Part shown: positions 38,570-49,868 of the stretch, piece after piece
How positions within the stretch are numbered: the first letter of the stretch is position 1
Layout of the letters: each line of letters begins with the position of its first letter
Source: Escherichia coli
Lineage (GTDB): Bacteria; Pseudomonadota; Gammaproteobacteria; Enterobacterales; Enterobacteriaceae
Strand: one strand, 5' to 3'
Assembly: GCF_045037415.1 (NCBI RefSeq)
Contig: NZ_CP173438.1
DNA: 64,000 nucleotides
Made by a program: the position numbers and the translations under genes
The notes under the pieces: model-generated
The model's database searches: none
The model's input: only the letters and a program-made list of their open reading frames with translations
Told to the model about the DNA's origin: nothing

Positions 38570-39262
38570 ATGCCACATCACATTGTTATTGTTGAAGATG
38601 AGCCGGTTACCCAGGCGCGATTACAATCTTACTTCACTCAGGAGGGGTATACCGTTTCCGTTACGGCGAGCGGTGCCGGGCTGCGGGAAATTATGCAGAA
38701 TCAGCCGGTGGATTTGATTCTGCTGGATATCAATTTGCCCGATGAAAATGGCCTGATGTTAACCCGCGCCCTGCGAGAACGCTCAACGGTAGGGATTATT
38801 CTGGTTACCGGACGCAGCGATCGGATTGACCGTATTGTTGGGCTGGAAATGGGCGCAGACGATTACGTCACCAAACCGCTGGAGCTGCGCGAACTGGTGG
38901 TACGAGTGAAAAATTTGCTCTGGCGAATCGACCTCGCGCGACAGGCGCAACCGCACACTCAGGACAACTGCTATCGCTTTGCCGGTTATTGCCTGAATGT
39001 GTCGCGCCATACGCTGGAGCGGGATGGCGAGCCGATTAAACTGACCCGCGCAGAGTATGAAATGCTGGTGGCATTTGTGACTAATCCGGGCGAAATTCTC
39101 AGCCGTGAACGTCTGCTGCGTATGCTCTCTGCGCGTCGGGTGGAAAACCCTGACCTGCGCACCGTCGATGTGTTAATTCGTCGTTTACGCCATAAACTCA
39201 GTGCGGATTTACTGGTGACACAACATGGCGAAGGTTATTTCTTAGCCGCTGATGTGTGCTGA
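38570..39262 (+). CDS. torR: Response regulator TorR (OmpR family)
   Basis: 230-aa ORF MPHHIVIVEDEPVTQ…. Confidence 0.95.
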   Translation: MPHHIVIVEDEPVTQARLQSYFTQEGYTVSVTASGAGLREIMQNQPVDLILLDINLPDENGLMLTRALRERSTVGIILVTGRSDRIDRIVGLEMGADDYVTKPLELRELVVRVKNLLWRIDLARQAQPHTQDNCYRFAGYCLNVSRHTLERDGEPIKLTRAEYEMLVAFVTNPGEILSRERLLRMLSARRVENPDLRTVDVLIRRLRHKLSADLLVTQHGEGYFLAADVC

Positions 39263-40263
39263 TAAAAATAAACCGGACGAAATCCCCCTGGTGACAGCGA
39301 GCGGCGGATATGTTCGCGGTCGGCATTTTTCGGCGTCATGACTAAAATCGGTGGGCTGACATTATCAGACACCGATTGCCCCTGTAATTGCCTGATGGCC
39401 TGCTCAACCGCCAGTTCCCCTTGCCAGACCATTTGATCGCTGGCAGCCATAATCACTCTTCCCCGCTTCAACCCGCGATACACCTGATGTGAAAGATAAA
39501 ACGACACCACGGTAAGCGGCGTTTTCAGGTTACGCCCTTCCCCCATTGCCGCCTCTGCCGCAATGGCCGTTCCGGCAACGACGTCGATTTCTGGATGGCG
39601 TTCCAGCATCTCCTGCAACAGGTTACGCTGGATTTCAATATCGTTATCACCGAGCGCAATATCAACAATACGCACCGGGCTTCCGGCAATGGCTGCGCGA
39701 AAACCCTCTACCATCTCCTTACTGCCCCCGGCGTTATCGGGGCCGGGCATCAACAGCACGTTCAGTGGTTTACCGTGCGCCCATTGCACCAGATATCGCC
39801 CTGGTTGATAGCCCATCTGAAACCAGGGCACACCAACGCGGCTTTTCACGTGGGGAGCATCAATAGCATTTACCAGTTCGATCACCGGCAGATTTGCTAC
39901 CTGCTTTTGCAGATCGGGAAATGACGTCGTGCTACTACCGAGCAAAATGGCCTCTGCGCCCCACTGTTTACACTGGTCGATTTGTGCTTGCTGGGTAGCC
40001 AACTGGCTGTAGCCGCCTGCCTCCAGCACTTTTAAATCCACACCGTAGCGGCGAGCAGCCTCCTGCATACCATAGTTCAACGATAACCAGTATGAATCTT
40101 TCAGGCTGGGATAAAGCGCGCACAGTTTCCATGCGCGTTTGGCTTTAAGCGGCGTAGAGGCTTGCACCGTGAAATGCTGCGCATCATGCCAGCGCAACAG
40201 GTTATCAGCCGAAAATGCCGATAACATGAAAAGGGAAAGAAGTAAAAATAGCAGTACGCGCAT
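39235..40263 (-). CDS. torT: Periplasmic TMAO-binding protein TorT
   Basis: 342-aa ORF with signal peptide; 3' end overlaps torR 3' end (convergent). Confidence 0.9.
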   Translation of the reverse strand: MRVLLFLLLSLFMLSAFSADNLLRWHDAQHFTVQASTPLKAKRAWKLCALYPSLKDSYWLSLNYGMQEAARRYGVDLKVLEAGGYSQLATQQAQIDQCKQWGAEAILLGSSTTSFPDLQKQVANLPVIELVNAIDAPHVKSRVGVPWFQMGYQPGRYLVQWAHGKPLNVLLMPGPDNAGGSKEMVEGFRAAIAGSPVRIVDIALGDNDIEIQRNLLQEMLERHPEIDVVAGTAIAAEAAMGEGRNLKTPLTVVSFYLSHQVYRGLKRGRVIMAASDQMVWQGELAVEQAIRQLQGQSVSDNVSPPILVMTPKNADREHIRRSLSPGGFRPVYFYQHTSAAKK

Positions 40264-40345
40264 GATAGCCTCATCAATAATAAGGCTTTATGCTAGATGC
40301 ATTCCGCTTTGCGACTCAACCTTTTTCACCTTAAGTGCACCGACC

Positions 40346-43078
40346 GTGAATTTAACCCTGACCCGAAGACTCTGGATGGGCTTTGCCCTGATGGCGCTGT
40401 TAACCCTGACCAGTACCCTGGTGGGATGGTACAACCTGCGCTTTATCAGCCAGGTGGAAAAAGACAACACTCAGGCATTGATTCCTACCATGAATATGGC
40501 GCGCCAGTTGAGCGAAGCCAGCGCCTGGGAACTTTTCGCCGCGCAGAACCTGACCAGTGCCGATAACGAAAAGATGTGGCAGGCGCAGGGGCGAATGCTC
40601 ACCGCACAAAGTCTGAAGATTAATGCGTTGCTGCAAGCGTTACGGGAACAAGGTTTTGACACCACCGCTATTGAACAACAGGAGCAGGAGATCTCCCGTT
40701 CGTTACGTCAGCAAGGGGAACTGGTGGGGCAGCGTTTGCAACTTCGCCAGCAACAACAGCAACTCAGTCAGCAGATAGTCGCCGCCGCCGATGAAATCGC
40801 ACGCCTGGCGCAAGGTCAGGCGAATAATGCGGCAACCTCCGCCGGAGCGACCCAGGCCGGGATTTACGATTTGATCGAACAACATCAGCGTCAAGCCGCA
40901 GAAAGTGCACTCGATCGGCTGATTGATATCGATCTTGAGTATGTTAACCAGATGAATGAACTGCGCCTTAGCGCCCTGCGGGTGCAGCAAATGGTGATGA
41001 ATCTGGGGCTGGAACAGATCCAGAAAAATGCGCCAACGCTGGAAAAGCAGCTCAATAATGCGGTGAAAATTCTGCAACGTCGGCAAATACGCATTGAAGA
41101 TCCGGGTGTTCGTACTCAGGTAGCAACAACGTTAACTACCGTTAGCCAATATAGCGATTTGCTGGCGCTGTATCAGCAGGACAGTGAAATCAGCAATCAC
41201 CTGCAAACTCTCGCCCAAAATAACATCGCCCAATTCGCGCAGTTTAGTAGCGAAGTCAGTCAGCTGGTCGACACCATTGAGCTGCGTAATCAGCACGGGC
41301 TGGCTCATCTGGAAAAAGCCAGTGCACGCGGGCAATACAGCCTGTTATTGCTGGGATTAGTTTCTCTTTGCGCACTGATTCTGATCCTCTGGCGCGTGGT
41401 TTATCGCTCAGTCACGCGCCCTCTTGCAGAACAAACGCAGGCGCTGCAACGCTTGCTGGATGGTGATATCGACTCCCCTTTCCCGGAAACCGCTGGCGTA
41501 CGGGAACTGGATACCATCGGGCGGCTGATGGATGCGTTTCGCAGCAGTGTTCATGCACTGAATCGCCACCGCGAACAGCTGGCGGCGCAGGTCAAAGCGC
41601 GTACAGCTGAATTGCAGGAACTGGTGATAGAACACCGACAGGCACGGGCGGAAGCAGAAAAAGCCAGCCAGGCAAAATCGGCGTTTCTGGCGGCGATGAG
41701 CCATGAGATCCGCACACCGCTGTACGGTATTCTCGGCACCGCACAGCTGCTGGCAGATAACCCCGCACTTAACGCCCAGCGCGATGATTTGCGGGCGATT
41801 ACCGACTCTGGTGAATCGTTGCTGACCATCCTCAACGATATTCTCGATTATTCGGCTATCGAAGCAGGCGGCAAGAATGTTTCGGTCAGCGATGAACCCT
41901 TTGAACCGCGCCCGCTGCTGGAAAGTACCCTGCAATTAATGAGCGGAAGGGTGAAAGGTCGCCCGATTCGCCTGGCAACAGAAATTGCCGACGATGTACC
42001 GACTGCGTTAATGGGCGATCCGCGGCGTATTCGTCAGGTCATTACCAACCTGTTGAGCAACGCCCTGCGTTTCACCGACGAAGGGCACATTATTCTGCGT
42101 AGTCGCATTGATGGCGAACAATGGCTGGTCGAAGTGGAAGACAGCGGCTGCGGTATTGATCCCGCGAAACTGGCTGAAATCTTCCAGCCATTTGTTCAGG
42201 TTAGCGGCAAACGCGGCGGCACCGGGCTGGGGCTGACTATCAGTAGCCGTCTGGCCCAGGCGATGGGCGGCGAATTGAGCGCCACCAGCACGCCGGAGGT
42301 TGGAAGCTGTTTTTGTTTACGCGTGCCGTTACGTGTTGCCACTGCACCCGTGCCAAAAACAGTCAATCAGGCGGTGCGTCTGGACGGTTTACGTTTGCTG
42401 TTAATTGAAGATAACCCGCTAACCCAGCGGATTACCGTTGAGATGTTGAACAGCAGTGGGGCGCAGGTCGTTGCCGTAGGAAATGCCGCGCAGGCTTTAG
42501 AGACACTGCAAAATAGTGAACCGTTTGCTGCCGCACTGGTGGATTTTGATCTACCGGATATCGACGGCATTACGCTTGCCCGACAACTGGCACAGCAATA
42601 TCCGTCGCTGGTTTTGATTGGCTTTAGCGCCCATGTCATTGACGAAACACTGCGACAGCGTACCAGTTCGCTATTTCGCGGGATTATCCCTAAACCGGTG
42701 CCGCGTGAAGTGCTCGGTCAATTACTGGCGCACTATCTCCAACTGCAAGTCAATAACGATCAACCACTGGATGTATCGCAACTCAATGAAGATGCTCATT
42801 TAATGGGGGCGGAGAAGATCCACGAATGGCTGATATTATTTAAACAACATGCCCTGCCGCTTCTCGATGAAATCGACATTGCCCGCGCCAGTCAGGATAA
42901 CGAGAAAATAAAGCGTGCCGCACATCAGCTAAAAAGCAGTTGCTCGAGTCTGGGAATGCGTAGCGCCAGCCAGCAATGCGCACAACTGGAGCAGCAGCCA
43001 TTATCTGCCCCCCTTCCACACGAAGAAATTACACGCAGTGTTGCCGCTCTGGAAGCATGGTTAATAAGAAAGACCTGA
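40346..43078 (+). CDS. torS: Hybrid sensor kinase TorS; start uncertain
   Basis: ORF track starts at 40139 and overlaps torT; start set at GTG 40346 ([13 protein letters not shown]…); alternative ATG at 40376; HAMP, HisKA/ATPase, receiver and HPt domains. Confidence 0.85.
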   Translation: MNLTLTRRLWMGFALMALLTLTSTLVGWYNLRFISQVEKDNTQALIPTMNMARQLSEASAWELFAAQNLTSADNEKMWQAQGRMLTAQSLKINALLQALREQGFDTTAIEQQEQEISRSLRQQGELVGQRLQLRQQQQQLSQQIVAAADEIARLAQGQANNAATSAGATQAGIYDLIEQHQRQAAESALDRLIDIDLEYVNQMNELRLSALRVQQMVMNLGLEQIQKNAPTLEKQLNNAVKILQRRQIRIEDPGVRTQVATTLTTVSQYSDLLALYQQDSEISNHLQTLAQNNIAQFAQFSSEVSQLVDTIELRNQHGLAHLEKASARGQYSLLLLGLVSLCALILILWRVVYRSVTRPLAEQTQALQRLLDGDIDSPFPETAGVRELDTIGRLMDAFRSSVHALNRHREQLAAQVKARTAELQELVIEHRQARAEAEKASQAKSAFLAAMSHEIRTPLYGILGTAQLLADNPALNAQRDDLRAITDSGESLLTILNDILDYSAIEAGGKNVSVSDEPFEPRPLLESTLQLMSGRVKGRPIRLATEIADDVPTALMGDPRRIRQVITNLLSNALRFTDEGHIILRSRIDGEQWLVEVEDSGCGIDPAKLAEIFQPFVQVSGKRGGTGLGLTISSRLAQAMGGELSATSTPEVGSCFCLRVPLRVATAPVPKTVNQAVRLDGLRLLLIEDNPLTQRITVEMLNSSGAQVVAVGNAAQALETLQNSEPFAAALVDFDLPDIDGITLARQLAQQYPSLVLIGFSAHVIDETLRQRTSSLFRGIIPKPVPREVLGQLLAHYLQLQVNNDQPLDVSQLNEDAHLMGAEKIHEWLILFKQHALPLLDEIDIARASQDNEKIKRAAHQLKSSCSSLGMRSASQQCAQLEQQPLSAPLPHEEITRSVAALEAWLIRKT

Positions 43079-43160
43079 ACGCGATTTGAATCAATATCAG
43101 CCAGTTAAGAACAACTAGAATAGTGGCATTTGGTATGCAACTTAACGGACTGGCAAAATC

Positions 43161-44234
43161 ATGGCAGAGAAAAAAAGAACCCGCTGGCAACGGCGGCCAG
43201 GCACGACGGGCGGCAAATTACCGTGGAATGACTGGCGCAATGCCACGACCTGGCGTAAAGCGACGCAATTATTACTGTTGGCAATTAATATTTATATTGC
43301 CATCACGTTCTGGTATTGGGTGCGCTATTACGAAACGGCAGGTAGTACGACATTTGTCACCAGACCGGGTGGTATCGAAGGCTGGCTACCGATTGCCGGT
43401 CTGATGAATCTGAAATATAGCCTTGCAACAGGTCAGTTACCGTCCGTCCACGCCGCCGCGATGCTGTTATTGGTCGCTTTTATCGTCATCAGTCTATTAC
43501 TCAAAAAGGCCTTTTGTTCATGGTTATGCCCGGTTGGTACGCTTTCGGAATTAATCGGCGATCTCGGTAACAAACTGTTTGGTCGGCAATTTGTCCTTCC
43601 CCGCTGGCTGGATATTCCTCTGCGCGGCGTGAAGTATTTGCTGTTGAGTTTTTTTCTCTATATCGCGTTATTGATGCCCGCTCAGGCGATTCACTATTTT
43701 ATGTTGTCGCCCTACAGCGTGGTGATGGACGTTAAAATGCTCGATTTCTTTCGTCATATGGGGACCGCGACATTAATCAGCATGATCGTTTTGCTGATTG
43801 CCAGCCTGTTTATTCGCCATGCCTGGTGTCGTTATCTTTGCCCATATGGCGCGCTGATGGGCGTGGTTTCGCTATTATCGCCGTTTAAGATTCGTCGCAA
43901 TGCCGAAAGTTGTATCGATTGTGGCAAATGCGCAAAAAGTTGCCCATCACGGATCCCGGTCGATAAATTAATTCAGGTACGAACAGTGGAATGTACCGGC
44001 TGTATGACTTGCGTAGAGTCATGTCCGGTAGCCTCAACATTGGCCTTTTCACTGCAAAAACCTGCGGCAAATAAAAAAGCCTTTGCGTTGTCTGGCTGGT
44101 TAATGACGCTACTGGTTATGGGGATTATGTTTGCGGCGATTGGTTACGCAATGTATGCGGGAGTATGGCAAAGCCCGGTGCCGGAGGAATTGTACCAACG
44201 CTTAATTCCGCAATCGCCAATGATTGGTCACTAA
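43161..44234 (+). CDS. yccM: NapH/MauN-like polyferredoxin membrane protein YccM
   Basis: 357-aa ORF; two CxxCxxCxxxCP motifs (CIDCGKCAKSCP, CTGCMTCVESCP) and two CxxxCP motifs (CSWLCP, CRYLCP). Confidence 0.85.
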   Translation: MAEKKRTRWQRRPGTTGGKLPWNDWRNATTWRKATQLLLLAINIYIAITFWYWVRYYETAGSTTFVTRPGGIEGWLPIAGLMNLKYSLATGQLPSVHAAAMLLLVAFIVISLLLKKAFCSWLCPVGTLSELIGDLGNKLFGRQFVLPRWLDIPLRGVKYLLLSFFLYIALLMPAQAIHYFMLSPYSVVMDVKMLDFFRHMGTATLISMIVLLIASLFIRHAWCRYLCPYGALMGVVSLLSPFKIRRNAESCIDCGKCAKSCPSRIPVDKLIQVRTVECTGCMTCVESCPVASTLAFSLQKPAANKKAFALSGWLMTLLVMGIMFAAIGYAMYAGVWQSPVPEELYQRLIPQSPMIGH

Positions 44235-44282
44235 ATTAGCAACAAGCGGAACATCACCTCGCACGGGGTGATGTTCACAAAA

Positions 44283-44456
44283 TCACATTATTTTGATTTT
44301 GACATCATAACTTTCAAGCCCGGTCATTTTTTCTCGTGCGGTGAAGCGAATTTCAGAGACTTCTTTCCCTGTATTCTTGTTCAGCTCGGCGATTTTTTGC
44401 GCGATAAAGTCGGCGATTTCCGTTTCGGCTTGTTTTTTTAACTCTTCAATATTCAC
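44283..44456 (-). CDS. gnsA: Small protein GnsA, GTG start
   Basis: Reverse-strand translation VNIEELKKQAETEIADFIAQKIAELNKNTGKEVSEIRFTAREKMTGLESYDVKIKIM, 57 aa; not in ORF track. Confidence 0.75.
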   Translation of the reverse strand: MNIEELKKQAETEIADFIAQKIAELNKNTGKEVSEIRFTAREKMTGLESYDVKIKIM

Positions 44457-44676
44457 TGTTAACCTCTTCTGGTCTTAAAAGACAGCAACACGCCAGTAAG
44501 GTGTTGGTTCCCGGTACCCTGGTCAGGTAAGAAATGTTATAAGCCATCTCCCCGAAAGATTCAATAATCAACAGGTTATCGCTTACTATACATACAGCGT
44601 TGAAGAAAAATAAGGCAGATATAAAAAAGGCTCCACGAGGGAGCCTGATATTATTTTGTGAAATCCAGCGGCGCAT
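44446..44676 (-). CDS. ymcE: Dubious small ORF YmcE
   Basis: 76-aa frame MRRWISQNNIRLPRGAFF…; a strong terminator-like hairpin lies inside its 5' end. Confidence 0.35.
   Translation of the reverse strand: MRRWISQNNIRLPRGAFFISALFFFNAVCIVSDNLLIIESFGEMAYNISYLTRVPGTNTLLACCCLLRPEEVNSEY
44621..44645 (-). terminator. Probable rho-independent terminator of the cspG transcript
   Basis: Stem ggctcc/ggagcc with 5-nt loop followed on minus strand by T-run (plus-strand A-run 44622-44628). Confidence 0.5.
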
Positions 44677-44849
44677 GGTCAGTGCGTATTTGCAGCGCAA
44701 CGTTATCAAAGGTGATCATCGTCGATTTACAAAAAATGCACTTTGCACCCAAAGGGTTTCGCTCCGTCACATCGAATGCCGATGTGCGGTACTGTGAACC
44801 ATGGCAACATGGACAGCGGAAATGGAGATGTTGAGTAATAACGGCAACC

Positions 44850-45062
44850 TTAGAGCGTAACAACGTTCGCTGCCGCGGGACCACGTTGCCCCTGCTCAAT
44901 AGAAAATTCAACTTTCTGATTTTCGTTCAGCGTGCGGAATTCATTGCTCTGGATGGCAGTGAAATGGACGAAAACGTCTTTGCTGCCATCATCAGGAGTG
45001 ATAAAGCCAAAACCTTTATCTGCGTTAAACCATTTTACTAAACCAGTCATTTTATTAGACAT
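44850..45062 (-). CDS. cspG: Cold-shock protein CspG
   Basis: 70-aa [24 protein letters not shown]…. Confidence 0.9.
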   Translation of the reverse strand: MSNKMTGLVKWFNADKGFGFITPDDGSKDVFVHFTAIQSNEFRTLNENQKVEFSIEQGQRGPAAANVVTL

Positions 45063-45347
45063 ATTTTACTTCCTTCATTTTGGGCCTTTCGGCAAACAGG
45101 GCTTTAATACAGAAACTACTTAGTGTTCAGGAGAGAGACTCAAAAGAAGGGGATAATGCCTGATAATGAGAACTGCTTTAGTAAACTACTTTGTATGCTG
45201 TCTGTCTTTCAAACCGACGCAGCTATTAACGCATGATAATTGAGATTAAGCAAATTTTATTTTAGCCGTCCGGCGGTCTTAAATATCGCTGGCTTTATTT
45301 TATTAACCCCGTATAGTGCAGCGCAGTATTTTCAGTAAGGAATTTGT

Positions 45348-45560
45348 TTGTCCCGTAAAATGACAGGAATTGTCAAAACCTTTGATCGCAAAAGCGGCAA
45401 AGGATTCATTATCCCCTCCGACGGTCGTAAAGAAGTCCAGGTCCATATTTCCGCATTCACTCCCCGCGACGCAGAAGTGCTTATACCAGGATTACGCGTG
45501 GAATTTTGCCGCGTAAATGGCCTGCGTGGACCAACAGCGGCAAATGTTTATTTGTCTTGA
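45348..45560 (+). CDS. cspH: CspA-family protein CspH; start uncertain
   Basis: ORF-track start is TTG at 45348 ([12 protein letters not shown]…); alternative ATG at 45360. Confidence 0.8.
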
Positions 45561-46858
45561 TGGAGAGCGCACGCTGGTATGCGTACTTCATTCACGATTT
45601 GCGTAAAACCGGCCAACGAACACATGCCCTGCGCATTTCGCTCTTCACATCCTGCCAGGGTCAGTTTCACCTCTCCGGGCGGCGTATTTAATGACAGCGG
45701 CGTTTTATCACGCATCTGCTGTAAAGTCTGGAAGACCAGCGAAACCTGAATCCACTGGCTGTTATCGCTGAGCCGACGCCAGCGTTCAAACACCAGTTCA
45801 CCCCCTGGCGGCGTGTTATCCGGCTGACCTGGAAGCGTCCAGTTGAGCTCCAGTGCGCCGCCGAGATTTGCCAGATTAGTATCGTGTCCGGCGATAAACA
45901 GCACTGAAGTGGGTAATGTCACACCATACACCTGTTTTTGCGGTGGATGGGGCGCCAACGCTGTCATGATCAAATCCAATAACGGGGTGGCGCGACTGCG
46001 GGCAACCTCTGGTGTGCGTTGCAGCAAATAAAACTGCGCGTTATGTAGACTTAGCAAGGTGTTCCACTGGTGTGAATCGGTGATCCTTCCCCACCCCGGC
46101 TCCGGCATTCCCTGTGCTTGTTGCAGGAGAAATATCTCCGTCAGCATTGATGCGAGGCTTACCGCACCGGTTAATGAGACATTGTCGGCGCTCACCTTGA
46201 GTTCCGATGGTAATGCCTGCGTTAATGAACAGCTTTCGTCCTGTTTCTCACGGTTAAGGCACAAGTTTGATTGCGGGAAATTAAGCACCCGTTCCAGTTC
46301 GCGAAACGCCGTTTGCCGATGCCCGGTAAAGTCAGCAATTGACCCTCCTGCCCTACTGAGGATCGCGTCAGTCACGTTCGCGTTATCCAGTTGGCAAACG
46401 CCAGTTTTTAGAGGATTAAATAACGGATCGGGACTGGACGTATCTGCCTGGGTATGTACGGTTATTGCACAGTCAGGTGCCAGCCCGGCGGCGAAGGCTT
46501 CGCCTGTTTTACGGGTACGTTCGTCGACATCAGCAATAATCGCGACCTGACCTGGCTGCGGGCAGCCCTCTTTTGCCAGCAATCCGTCGGCCACCAGACG
46601 CTGGCGTTGGTAATGTCCGAGATAAGCGATTAGCTCACCACCGCGCGGTGTCAGCCAACCCAGTTTTACCGGCCAGGTTGGCCATGCGTCAGGGGTGACA
46701 TCCTGCATCAGTTGCGTGGCCTTGGTTGGTGCACGCACACCGTGACGACTGACAATCACCACACTTTCCAGCTTCAGCTCCGGCTCACTCTGAGCGAATG
46801 CAGATTTCGGTGTTAACGGAATCAGAAGAGATAAGAATGGGATCAAGATCGCTTTCAT
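45548..46858 (-). CDS. appA: Periplasmic acid phosphatase/phytase AppA
   Basis: ORF 45548..46888; start set at ATG 46856-46858 ([12 protein letters not shown]…); RHGVRAP motif; 3' end overlaps cspH 3' end by 13 bp. Confidence 0.9.
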
Positions 46859-46896
46859 CGATATGTTTCCGCTTTTCATATCCGACATTATTGATT

Positions 46897-46928
46897 GCCT
46901 GATGCGACGCTAATGCGCCTCATCAGGC
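46897..46928. repeat. REP-like palindrome between appX and appA
   Basis: GCCTGATGCGACGCTAATGCGCCTCATCAGGC. Confidence 0.4.
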
Positions 46929-46937
46929 TTACCTTCG

Positions 46938-47030
46938 TTAACTTTTCAGACGCGGGTCCAGCCATACCAACACAAGGGTGGAGAGCGAACACATCAACAA
47001 AATGCCGACGAACCAAAGTAAATACCACAT
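46938..47030 (-). CDS. appX: Cytochrome bd-II small subunit AppX (YccB)
   Basis: Reverse-strand 30-aa hydrophobic ORF MWYLLWFVGILLMCSLSTLVLVWLDPRLKS directly after appB; not in ORF track. Confidence 0.7.
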   Translation of the reverse strand: MWYLLWFVGILLMCSLSTLVLVWLDPRLKS

Positions 47031-47042
47031 TGTTCCTGCTCC

Positions 47043-48179
47043 TTAGTACAGCTCGTTTTCGTTACGGCGGAGAGTTTCTGTCGTCATGCGCCCCCACATT
47101 TTGTAGTAGCTCCAGAGAGTGTAGAGCAACACAATGGGCAAAAATATCAGCACGATTACCAACATAATGCTCAGCGTCAGCTGACTGGAAGTGCTGTCCC
47201 ACAACGTCAGGCTGGAGATCGGACTCACGCTTGACGGCATGACAAAGGGGAACAGCGTGATGCCTGCCGTGAAAATCACGCCAAATTGCATCAATGACGC
47301 CATCAAAAATCCCCAACCCGGGCGACCACGATAAATCGCCATCACCGTCAGCAATGGGCAGAAGAACCCCAGCAGCGGGAAGATCCACAAAACGGGCGAT
47401 TCGACGAAATTATTCATCCAGGCACCAGGTAGCACTGCCACCAGTTTCATTAATGGATTGGAAGGACCGTTAGCATCCTGGGCGAGCAGCACAAAGCCAT
47501 CAATACCAACCCACAGCCAGTAACCCGCCAGCAAAAAGCACAGCATCACCAGTAGTGCGGCGCGTTTGGTCGCCAGCTGTGAACGCAGATGAATCACACC
47601 AACAGTTTTCAGTTGTAACCAGACGCCACCTTGCAAAATCACCATCCCAAGACTGAGCAATCCACACAATAAAGGGAATGGCGTCAGCAGTTGCCAGAAG
47701 CTGCCGAGATATTCCACGCGTAATTGCGGTGTGAAAGCAAACGGCACGCCGAGCAGCAAGTTGCCGAATGCAATACCGAAGACTACCGGCGGCACCAGAC
47801 TGCCGATGACCAGTCCGGCATCCCACATTTTACGCCAGCGTGCATCGGCGATTTTTCCGCGATAATCAAAGGCCAGCGGGCGGAAGAACAGCGAGCACAG
47901 CACCAGAATCATCGCCACATAAAAGCCGGAAAACGCCGCTGCATACACTCTGGGCCAGGCGGCAAATAATGCCCCACCTGCGAGGATCAACCAGACCTGA
48001 TTGCCTTCCCAGTGCGCGCCAACGCTGTTTATCACTATCCGACGTTCATCATCATTACGCGCCACCAGCGGCAGCAGACAGCCGATCCCCATGTCAAATC
48101 CGTCGGAGATCATAAAGACCACCAGGATCACGCCAATCAGCAGCCACCAGATGAAACGCAATGTTTCATAATCAAACAT
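47043..48179 (-). CDS. appB: Cytochrome bd-II oxidase subunit II AppB
   Basis: 378-aa [20 protein letters not shown]…. Confidence 0.95.
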
Positions 48180-48190
48180 GATTTTCTCCT

Positions 48191-49735
48191 TTACCCCTGT
48201 TGCTGCGTCGGTTGTTCACTCTGCATCGCGCTCGGCCCCAGACGGGCATATTTCTGCATCAGGTAGACTTCGGCGATTAAGAACAGGGTGTAAAGCCCTA
48301 CGATCATGATCAGTGAGAAAGCCAGTTGTCCTGTGGTTAAGGCGGAGTGCGCGGAGTATGTCGGTAAGATGTCCTGTATCGCCCACGGCTGACGACCAAA
48401 CTCGGTCATAAACCATCCGGCTTCAATCGCAATCCACGGCAGCGGCAAACTCCAGAGCGCCATTTTCAGCACCCAGCGATGCTGGTCGATTTTGCCACGC
48501 AGCGTCTGGACAAGCGCAATCAGCATCACCAGTAGCAGCAGGGAACCACAGCCCACCATGATGCGGAAACTCCAGAATACCGGCGCAACCTGAGGTATCG
48601 CGCCACGCATCGCCGCCTGGTACTGTGCGGCTGTGACATGATTCATATCCGGCGCATAGCGGGAGAGCAACATGCCGTAACCCAGGTCGCCTTCCAGCTC
48701 CCGGAATGCCTGCAACACATGCGGCTCACGATTGCCTTGCGATATTTCCTGCATTAACAGCCAGGCCATACGTCCACGTTGCAAGCGAGGGTAGGTTTCA
48801 GCCATCAAATTCTTCAGACCCGGCACGGGTTTATCTAATGAGTGAGTGGCGAGGATCCCTAGCAGCGCGGGAATTTTGATGGCAAAGGCGTTACGCTCTT
48901 GATCCTGTTCCGGCCAGGCAACCACATGGAACGGTGCAGGTGCAGGTTCTGTTTGCCACTCCCCTTCCATCGCCGCCAGTTTTACCGGTTGTACTTGCGC
49001 GACTTCATACGCAGAACTGTCTCCGAGTTGCAGCGTACCGATAATCGCCAGAGTACCGAAGACGGAACCGATGGCAAACGAGCGTAATGCGACATCGCGC
49101 TCCCGTCCGCGCAGTAAATACCAGGCGCTGATCGCCATAATAAACATAGCCCCGGTCACGTATCCCGCCATTACGGTGTGCACAAATTTCACCTGGCTGA
49201 CCGGGTTAAAGACCAGCTCGCTGAAACTGGTCATCTCCATACGCAGGGTGTCGATATCAAAATGCGCACCAGTCGGGTATTGCATCCAACCGTTGGCATT
49301 CAATATCCACAACGCAGAGAGATTTGAACCGAACGCCACCAGCCACGTCACCAGCAGGTGCTGGTATTTATTCAGCCGTTGCCAGCCGAAGAAGAACAGC
49401 CCGACAAAGGTGGATTCGAGGAAGAAGGCCATTAATGCTTCCATCGCCAGTGGTGCGCCAAAAATATCGCCCACATAGTTGGAATAGAATGACCAGTTAG
49501 TACCAAACTGAAACTCCATCGTCAGGCCGGTAGCCACGCCAAGAGCAAAGTTGATACCGAAGAGCTTACCCCAGAAGCGCGTCATATCGCGGTAGATTGT
49601 TTTGCCGGTGACCACGTAAATGGTTTCCATGATAGCCAGCAAAAAAATCAGCCCCAGGGTAAGGGGTACAAATAAAAAGTGATACAGCGCGGTCAGAGCA
49701 AACTGCCAGCGCGATAAATCAATGACATCCCACAT
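48191..49735 (-). CDS. appC: Cytochrome bd-II oxidase subunit I AppC
   Basis: ORF-track start is GTG 49741; start set at ATG 49733-49735 ([14 protein letters not shown]…), 514 aa. Confidence 0.95.
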
Positions 49736-49868
49736 GCGCACTCCTGTAGGCGAAGAGAGAAAAATAACCCGTTAATGGTAGATCTCCCTCTTTATCCTGA
49801 AACTCTACGACCAGAGGTATTCGCCGATTGCGATATTCATAAGCCTGAAAGCGATACTTACCGTCTTT

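Noticed and set aside
44250-44275. Hairpin acatcacc…ggtgatgt between yccM and gnsA
   Set aside because: Perfect 8-bp stem but no adjacent U-run on either strand, so not callable as an intrinsic terminator from sequence alone.
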